In this document: positions 57,573-64,000 of the stretch, piece after piece
How the letters are laid out: every line of letters begins with the position of its first letter
Numbering within the stretch: the stretch's first letter is position 1
DNA from: Thermoproteota archaeon
GTDB taxonomy: Archaea; Thermoproteota; EX4484-205; JAAOZP01
Assembly (NCBI GenBank): GCA_049700215.1
Contig: JBNAVT010000001.1
Coordinates: 1 to 64,000 of the forward strand
DNA length: 64,000 bases
Reading direction: 5' to 3'
Position numbers and translations under genes: made by a program
Notes under the pieces: model-generated
Database searches by the model: none
What the model saw: only the letters and a program-made list of their open reading frames with translations
What the model was told of the DNA's origin: nothing

Positions 57573-58207
57573 GCACCGGTGAGAAAAGCGGGGAAGGACT
57601 GCTGATCCTTAGGACGGAGTATATTGCTGCAGGCGTCCACATAGGGACCAAGGTCTGCACCGTATGCATGAGGCGCTTCGTCAGGTTCACTAGGCCTGAC
57701 GGGCTGAACCTGATTGAGATCGCTCAGACCGATGAGAAGATCAGGGTTGCCGCCAAGGGGCTTTCAAGGTATGAGCCTGGTGACGTGATAGTTGTTTCAG
57801 GCAAGGAGTATGGGCGGATGCCTGTGCTTAAAATGTGCGAGTACACTGGCTTCAAGCCTATTGTCGAAAGGTTTCCCCCCGGGATCTTCTCAAACCCGAA
57901 GTATGAGGGCTATATTTCCCCGAAGATAATTCTTGTTTCAGACCCTAAGGTTGACGAGAAGGCTATTCGCGAAGCCACGCTCATCGGAATACCGGTTATA
58001 GGCATATGTGACACGGACGACTCCTGCTCCTACATAGACCTAATAATACCTGCAAACAATAAGGGGCGCAGCTCCCTAGCCCTCGTATTCTGGCTTCTAA
58101 CCAGGGAGGTTCTTAGAAACAGGGGTGTCCTCTCTCCGACTGAAAGCATGAGCGAGAACTTCCATGCTTTCGAAACCCAGATCGAGGAGGCTGCGGAGAC
58201 AGTCTAG
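57569..58207 (+). CDS. rps2p: 30S ribosomal protein S2
   Basis: AGVHIGT, CDTD, IPANNKGR. Confidence 0.96.
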   Translation: MSTGEKSGEGLLILRTEYIAAGVHIGTKVCTVCMRRFVRFTRPDGLNLIEIAQTDEKIRVAAKGLSRYEPGDVIVVSGKEYGRMPVLKMCEYTGFKPIVERFPPGIFSNPKYEGYISPKIILVSDPKVDEKAIREATLIGIPVIGICDTDDSCSYIDLIIPANNKGRSSLALVFWLLTREVLRNRGVLSPTESMSENFHAFETQIEEAAETV

Positions 58208-58208
58208 C

Positions 58209-59054
58209 ATGGCTAGGGTTAGAAGGCCAGCGTACGCCGGAAGCTGGTACGAGGGCACTAGGGAGCGTCTTCTCGAGCAGCTTCAGAGCTTCTTCAAGGG
58301 TAGGCTCGGCTACGGGAGTCTTCCGGTTTTAGGCGAGTATGACTCTAGGCTGCTCGGGCTGATGGTTCCGCACGCCGGCTACGTGTACTCGGGCATGGCT
58401 GCCACATGGGCCTACGGGGAGGCTGCTAAACATGGCCCGAGGGAAACCGTGGTAGTGATGGGGCCGGACCACCATATGGCTTCAACGGGCTTCGCCACCA
58501 TGAGCGAGGGCGTGTGGCGTACTCCGCTGGGGGATGTTGGGGTCGACAGGCAGACGGTGAGCCTGCTGCTCAGCTCAGCGCCCTTCGTCGAGGATAATTT
58601 TCACGCGCACGCTTTCGAGCACTCTGTTGAAATACAGCTACCGTTCCTCCAGCTCGTCTACGGAGGCTCCTTCAAGCTCGTCCCAATAATAATACATGAT
58701 TTCAACCTTGACAGGAACATTAGGCTTGGGAAGGCTTTGTCTAAGGCTCTTGAAGGAAAGAAGGCTATTGTTATCGCTAGCTCAGACATGAGCCATTATG
58801 TTCCCGCGGGGGAAGCGGGGGAGAACGATATGAAGACGGTTAGGGCGATAGAGTCGCTGGATGAAAGGCTGATTCACTCCGTCGCCACCAACTATGAGTC
58901 GCTATGCGGCCTAGGGCCAGTTATAGCCCTAGTATCCTATGCGAAAGAAACCGGGTGCTCAAAAGCAAGCTTGCTAAAATATTATACTTCCGGTGAAATC
59001 ACGGCTGACTATCAGGGTGTAGTAGGATACGCTTCAATAGCCTTCTACAAGTGA
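58209..59054 (+). CDS. MEMO1 family protein (AmmeMemoRadiSam B)
   Basis: PAYAGSWY, PHAGYVYSG, EHSVEIQLPFLQ, SSDMSHY. Confidence 0.92.
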   Translation: MARVRRPAYAGSWYEGTRERLLEQLQSFFKGRLGYGSLPVLGEYDSRLLGLMVPHAGYVYSGMAATWAYGEAAKHGPRETVVVMGPDHHMASTGFATMSEGVWRTPLGDVGVDRQTVSLLLSSAPFVEDNFHAHAFEHSVEIQLPFLQLVYGGSFKLVPIIIHDFNLDRNIRLGKALSKALEGKKAIVIASSDMSHYVPAGEAGENDMKTVRAIESLDERLIHSVATNYESLCGLGPVIALVSYAKETGCSKASLLKYYTSGEITADYQGVVGYASIAFYK

Positions 59055-59060
59055 CGGGGT

Positions 59061-60017
59061 TTGAAAGTAGTTTGCAGGGCTCCTGCAAAAGTAATAATTT
59101 CCGGCGAGCACTCCGTAGTATACGGACACCCCGCTCTAGTGGTTGCGGTTAACGTTTACTCGAAGGTTTCTGTTGAAGCTTTCGACGAAATCGGTGCCCA
59201 TGAGATTTTCTCCGATAAGTATGGGGTTGCGAAGATGATAGGGAGGGCCTTCTCCGGACCCAGCCAGCTGAAGCCTTTTGCGAGAATCATAGATGTTTTC
59301 AAGGATTCTGAAGGGTTCAAAGGCAGGCTCAGGGTTCGCATAAGCTCCGAGATTCCCCCCGCCTCCGGAATGGGTTCTTCAGCATCATTATCCGTCGCGC
59401 TGGCTAACGCCCTGCTTAAACTGGTTTACGATAAGCCTAGTGACGAGAAAGTGTTCAGCCTCGCCATGGAGGGGGAGAGGGTTGCCCACGTTAACCCGAG
59501 CGGCGTGGATGTGGCTGTAGCCCTCTGGGGCGGCCTAATCCTGTTCGTTAAAGATAAAGGGGTTGAACGGCTTGAGGCTGGGCAGGGAGTATTCCTGCTA
59601 GCAGACTCAGGCTTGGAGAGGAGTACGAAAGAAATGGTTCTTAAAGTAGCATCCCTAAAGGAGAGGGAGCCGAATCTCTTCAACATGATAATGACATCCG
59701 TAAGCGATGTCACGATCAAGATAAGCCGCCTCTTGAAGACCGATATTGTTGAAGCAGGCAGGCTCATGACGCTTAACCATCTCCTCCTATCCCTAATGGG
59801 CGTTTCAAACAGTAGGCTGGACTCCCTGGTGTGGACAAGCATATCGGCAGGCGCCTATGGCGCTAAGCTTACTGGCGGAGGAGGCGGGGGCTGTGTCCTG
59901 ACGCTGGTTGACGAGAAATCCTTGAACCCTGTTGAGGAAGCATTACGCAATTCGAACGCTCCCACAATGCTTCTTAAAATGGTTGAGAAAGGAGTTTACA
60001 CGGAGGAATTAGACTAG
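59061..60017 (+). CDS. mvk: Mevalonate kinase
   Basis: GEHSVVYG, GMGSSA, PSGVD, KLTGGGGGGC. Confidence 0.93.
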   Translation: MKVVCRAPAKVIISGEHSVVYGHPALVVAVNVYSKVSVEAFDEIGAHEIFSDKYGVAKMIGRAFSGPSQLKPFARIIDVFKDSEGFKGRLRVRISSEIPPASGMGSSASLSVALANALLKLVYDKPSDEKVFSLAMEGERVAHVNPSGVDVAVALWGGLILFVKDKGVERLEAGQGVFLLADSGLERSTKEMVLKVASLKEREPNLFNMIMTSVSDVTIKISRLLKTDIVEAGRLMTLNHLLLSLMGVSNSRLDSLVWTSISAGAYGAKLTGGGGGGCVLTLVDEKSLNPVEEALRNSNAPTMLLKMVEKGVYTEELD

Positions 60018-60192
60018 AAGCCTTTTCGAACCCTTGCAGAATCCCTTTAACACATCACCCGCCGTGTCTGGCAGATTCAGATTCTACCTTGTTAAAGGCA
60101 AAAAGTCTTGGAGTAACCTAGCCATGCGGAATAATCAGTTTTATACGGATTTTTCTAAGCATACGCCGTGTAGATATTCGCATAAGACTCGC

Positions 60193-61795
60193 TTATGAAG
60201 GTGGAGGAGGCGGAGGAAACGGAGGAGGCTTAGGCTTTCTCCAGAGCTTCAGCGCAATGAGAATCACTATGAGGAGGACCACTATCGCTATAGCGCCTAA
60301 AATCAGGAATACTTGCGTGTAATTCTCGTCGTAGATTGCAATGAGCGTTAAGCTCGTCTGCTCACCCATCATCTGGATAACGACCTCACCATCTCTAGAT
60401 TCGACTACACTCGTCCAACGGTTAAACCGGTACTTGCCCCCGAGCATTCCGAAGAAGCCTTTCATCGGCTCCTCCGCAGGGGCCTTCGCCCTAACCACGT
60501 CACCCTCCTCATAGGCTCCTGAACCCTCGATCATCAACCCCACGTTGGAACCCACGGTCAGAGTGTATGTCTTAATCTGCTCCGGTTCAACAATCTGCAC
60601 GTGTATGATTTTCACAGCCGTGTTAACACCATCAGTAGACTTAACCTGTATCTCGTAACTGCCCTCCGGAAAGTCGCTTCTCCCAAGCTTTATTCTTTCA
60701 CTGCCCAATGATATTCTGTCCTCAGTTATCCTGCTTGCTTCCTCCTTATCAGAACAGTATACCAGAGCGTATCGCCGTCAGCGTCAGTCCCCCTCCAGGC
60801 CAGGGTGTAGTTGCGGCCGATCCCGAGCTTCTTACTCTTCTTCTTTTAGAAGAAGAAAATAAAGATTAGATCTCCCCCCGAGCTTGAAGCCGAAGAGAAG
60901 TGGGGTTATTGCTTCGAGGTACATTTTAAGTTTAAGGGTGAAGGGCATGTTATTGAAATTTATACTTTTCACAACTTTCTTAACGCCAGACTGCGATCTG
61001 CCCCTTATTGTTACCAGGTGGTATCTTCTAGCACCTCCTGGTCCAGCAAGCTCCATCCAGCTGCCCGTTTTACTAACGTAGAAGCTCATTGTGAGAGTAG
61101 CCTCTCCGTCGAGAAACAGGTTCTCCAAGACTAGGCTCTCAGGGGCTTCGATGTAATTGCCTGAGACCTGCATTACGACGCCCCTGGGGAGTCCTTCCTG
61201 CTCCAGCCTTATCATCTCGCTGTCACCACTCAGCTTCCTTAGCCTTATGGTGTAGTTCTCCTTTTCAATAAGGCCCTGGTCGAAGGCTAATGGTGTCAGG
61301 TCGAACTCCACAACGTTCGTGACGCCTACATCAACATCTATATGGTAATTTATCCTTTCGACGGGGGGAAGTGTTTCAGAAGGTTGGATCGTTATCATAT
61401 ACCTTTTTGAACAGTATGTGGTTCCATCCGGAATGGTTTCCCTAGCGTCAACAGTGAAGTAGAAGTCCCCTGCTTCACGGGGGAAGCCTGACAACGTGAG
61501 AGTCCTTGACTCCACGCCTAGCGATGGGGAGGCTCCAAGCCCTGCTGGGGGAGAGCCGTCTTTTATTCTCCAAATCATGTTGTTTGGATAGGAGGACCCT
61601 GTGGTTGAGAATACTGCTGAGTAATACTCGCCCACCCTGCCATCCGGCAACTTGAGATAAAGCTGGCCTTCATGAGTCACCGTGTCGATGGGCGACGGGT
61701 TTGAGATTATATCCATGTTGCTGCACTGCGCGTACGCTGCTAACAACGTGAAAGATGCTGGCAATTAGGTAGGCTAGAAATAGCGAAATCCTCAT
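60193..61795 (-). pseudogene. Disrupted cell-surface protein (signal peptide, Ig-like domain, C-terminal TM and Pro-rich tail)
   Basis: Frameshift in signal peptide, He_PIG-like LPDGRVGEYY..LSG.P..AG.F.FTV, foreign 121-bp insert, tail KPPPFPPPPPPS. Confidence 0.65.
60864..60984 (-). repeat. Inverted copy of 28170-28289
   Basis: Direct sequence comparison. Confidence 0.92.
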
Positions 61796-62012
61796 CTTCA
61801 ACACGCTTCGCCATTCTCGTACTCTAAAAGCTATATTTAAGCATTCATTTGCTCTGAAAGGAGTGGGACTGTTTGGGCGACTAGGCTCCGTTTTTTATCA
61901 GGTTGCGTACGCTTGCTGAAGACGAATGGTGTGAGAAAAGCATCATGCCCCTGTTCACGTCTTGCCGGAGGCTTGGCAACAGAGTTAAAAACTCTCTGAG
62001 AGTCTTCAAACC

Positions 62013-63107
62013 GTGGAAACAGAGAGCAGGAAGGCTGAGCACATCCGAATAGTCCTTGAGAAGGATGTTTCCTCCAGGGTTTCCGCGGGCTTCGAGGATG
62101 TCGAGCTTATTCACAATGCTGTTTGCGAGATTGATTTGAGCGAGATAGATACTAGTGTCACAGTCATGGGTAAGAGGCTTAGGCTGCCGCTCATAATAGA
62201 GGCTTTAACGGGTGGAACAAGGGAGGCTAAAAGGATAAACACGGGTCTGGCTGAGGTTGCTGAAACCGAGGGGATTGGGATCGGTGTTGGAAGCGTCAGG
62301 GCTGCGATGGAGGATCCTAGCCTGGCTGACACTTACTCGGTGGTCAGGGAAAGGGCTTCGAGGACACTGGTGATTTCGAACATAGGGGCTGCCCAGGTTG
62401 CTAAGCACGGTTCAGAGTATGCTTTGAAAACAATGGAGGTTGTTGGAGCCGACGCTTTAGCCATACATTTCAACAAGCTTCAGGAGCTGGCTATGCCTGA
62501 GGGAGAAACATGTTTCAAAGGATATGGGCCGCATATAATTGAGCTTTCCAGGAAGCTCGGCGAAAAGCTGTGTTTGAAGGAGACTGGCGCAGGCTTCAGC
62601 TGCGAGGCTGCAAGGCTCGCAGAATCCTGGGGTGTTGAATGGGTTGACGTCGCTGGTGTCGGTGGGACAAGCTGGTACGCTGTGGAGTATTACCGTTCAA
62701 AGGGTAGCGGGAGTAAGGCTTCTCTGCTGGGTAAGTCTCTCTGGGACTGGGGTGTCCCGACGGCTGTCAGCATCGTTGAATCAAAGATGTGTGCAAAGAG
62801 CCTTAGGGTGATCGCGAGCGGGGGCGTCAGGACTGGTGTTGACGCTGCTAAGGCTATGGCGCTTGGAGCCAGCTGCGTGGGCATGGCTAGGCCTTTCCTA
62901 GTCTCCTTCTCGAAGGGTGGTGTAGAGGAGGCTAGAAGGCTGGTTAAATCGTTCGAGCTCGCCTTAAGATTCACAATGCTCCTCGTCGGCGCCAGGAGTG
63001 TTGAGGAGCTCGGCTTAGTGCCGCTGGTGGTAACGGGTAGGACGGCTGAATGGCTTGAGCAGAGAGGGCTTTTGAAAAAGCTTCTAAGCGGGAGGGGGAG
63101 CATATGA
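62013..63107 (+). CDS. fni: Type 2 isopentenyl-diphosphate isomerase
   Basis: RKAEHI, LTGG, SNIG, QEL..PEG, KETG, ASGGVR. Confidence 0.94.
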   Translation: METESRKAEHIRIVLEKDVSSRVSAGFEDVELIHNAVCEIDLSEIDTSVTVMGKRLRLPLIIEALTGGTREAKRINTGLAEVAETEGIGIGVGSVRAAMEDPSLADTYSVVRERASRTLVISNIGAAQVAKHGSEYALKTMEVVGADALAIHFNKLQELAMPEGETCFKGYGPHIIELSRKLGEKLCLKETGAGFSCEAARLAESWGVEWVDVAGVGGTSWYAVEYYRSKGSGSKASLLGKSLWDWGVPTAVSIVESKMCAKSLRVIASGGVRTGVDAAKAMALGASCVGMARPFLVSFSKGGVEEARRLVKSFELALRFTMLLVGARSVEELGLVPLVVTGRTAEWLEQRGLLKKLLSGRGSI

Positions 63108-64000
63108 GCGAGGAGCTCCTCAGCCTGATCGAGAGGCTTGCCCTGGAGAACGCTCTGGCTTTCAAGGGCGTGGCTAGGGCTGAAGCGGTGCTTGGGAAAC
63201 TGCTCGGCATGAACCCTAGCTTGAGAAGCAGTGTTAAGGAGCTTATTCCGGTGATCCGGGAGGTGGCTGAAAGAGTTAACAGGCTTACGCTTGACGAGCA
63301 GGCTGAGCTTCTCAGGAGGCTCGGGGCTTTTGAGAAGACGGAGAAGGCTTTGAAGCAGGAGCCTCCGTCACTACCCAGGGCAGAAGGCTTCAGCCAGGTG
63401 GTTTTAAGGTTCGCCCCGAACCCAGACGGGCCGCTTACGCTCGGCAACGCTAGGCCAGCCGTGCTCTGCGACTATTATGCTAAGAGGATGAACGGGAGGC
63501 TTATCCTAAGGTTTGAAGACACGTCGCCGTCGGTTAAGCCGCCGTTAAGAGAGGCTTACGACTGGATTGTTGAAGACCTGGAGTGGCTCGGCATCCATCC
63601 GGATGAGACGCATTACCAGTCGGACAGGCTTCAAACATACTACGGCTATGCTGAGGAGTTTCTGGAGAAGGGCTTCGCATACGTCTGCTTATGCAAGCCT
63701 GAGGAGTTCAGGCTTTTCGAAAAAAAGGGTGAGCCGTGCCCACATAGGGATCAGGAGCCCAGCGTAAGCCTGAGCCTCTGGGAGAAGATGCTGAACGGGG
63801 GCCTTAACCCGGGTGAGGCTGTTGTGAGAGTCAAGACTGACATGAAGCATCCTAATCCTGCTGTGAGAGACTGGCCTGCGTTAAGAATAGATGTTGCAAA
63901 GCATCCCAGGGTTTCGGGCTTCAGGGTCTGGCCGCTCTACAACTGGTCGTGCGCCATCGACGATTATGAGATGAGGGTTTCCCACGTGATAAGGGGTAGG
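63104..64000 (+). CDS. gltX: Glutamyl-tRNA synthetase, 3' partial (not in ORF track)
   Basis: MSEELL..ALENAL..G.A..AVLGK, RFAPNPDG, LRFEDT, AYVCLC, HVIRG. Confidence 0.93.
   Translation, partial: MSEELLSLIERLALENALAFKGVARAEAVLGKLLGMNPSLRSSVKELIPVIREVAERVNRLTLDEQAELLRRLGAFEKTEKALKQEPPSLPRAEGFSQVVLRFAPNPDGPLTLGNARPAVLCDYYAKRMNGRLILRFEDTSPSVKPPLREAYDWIVEDLEWLGIHPDETHYQSDRLQTYYGYAEEFLEKGFAYVCLCKPEEFRLFEKKGEPCPHRDQEPSVSLSLWEKMLNGGLNPGEAVVRVKTDMKHPNPAVRDWPALRIDVAKHPRVSGFRVWPLYNWSCAIDDYEMRVSHVIRGR

Noticed and set aside
41545-63447. Numerous antisense or overlapping Ser/Leu-rich ORFs in the track
   Set aside because: Shadows of well-supported genes on the opposite strand

Overview
Archaeal chromosome segment. 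SmAP3, L14e, an intron-split cbf5 and non-canonical tRNA introns point to a TACK/Thermoproteota lineage; a Brockarchaeota-like origin is only an inference. About two thirds is housekeeping: radA, aspS, argS, gltX, ABCE1, thermosome, a 4-gene POR operon, a rearranged ribosomal superoperon, mvk/fni, five tRNAs (three with BHB introns) and a dual-guide C/D sRNA. Main unusual items: (1) a 7.6-15.6 kb locus joining a divergent TFB, leaderless pilin-like genes, a Tad-type ATPase/platform, a Flp-like pilin and a membrane-anchored HerA/VirB4-like ATPase, a candidate DNA uptake/exchange machine; (2) a dispersed palindrome TAGC(RY)nGCTA lying at gene-truncation junctions in accessory DNA and, in variant form, inside a tRNA intron; (3) a sharp A/C-to-G/T codon-skew flip centred on an AT-rich (TA)n patch inside porB; (4) a 13-nt BHB mRNA intron in cbf5; (5) a decaying conflict island with a halocin C8-like precursor and immunity candidate; (6) a 35-aa Glu/Trp peptide gene. 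All calls come from manual reading and motif recall; no database searches were run.
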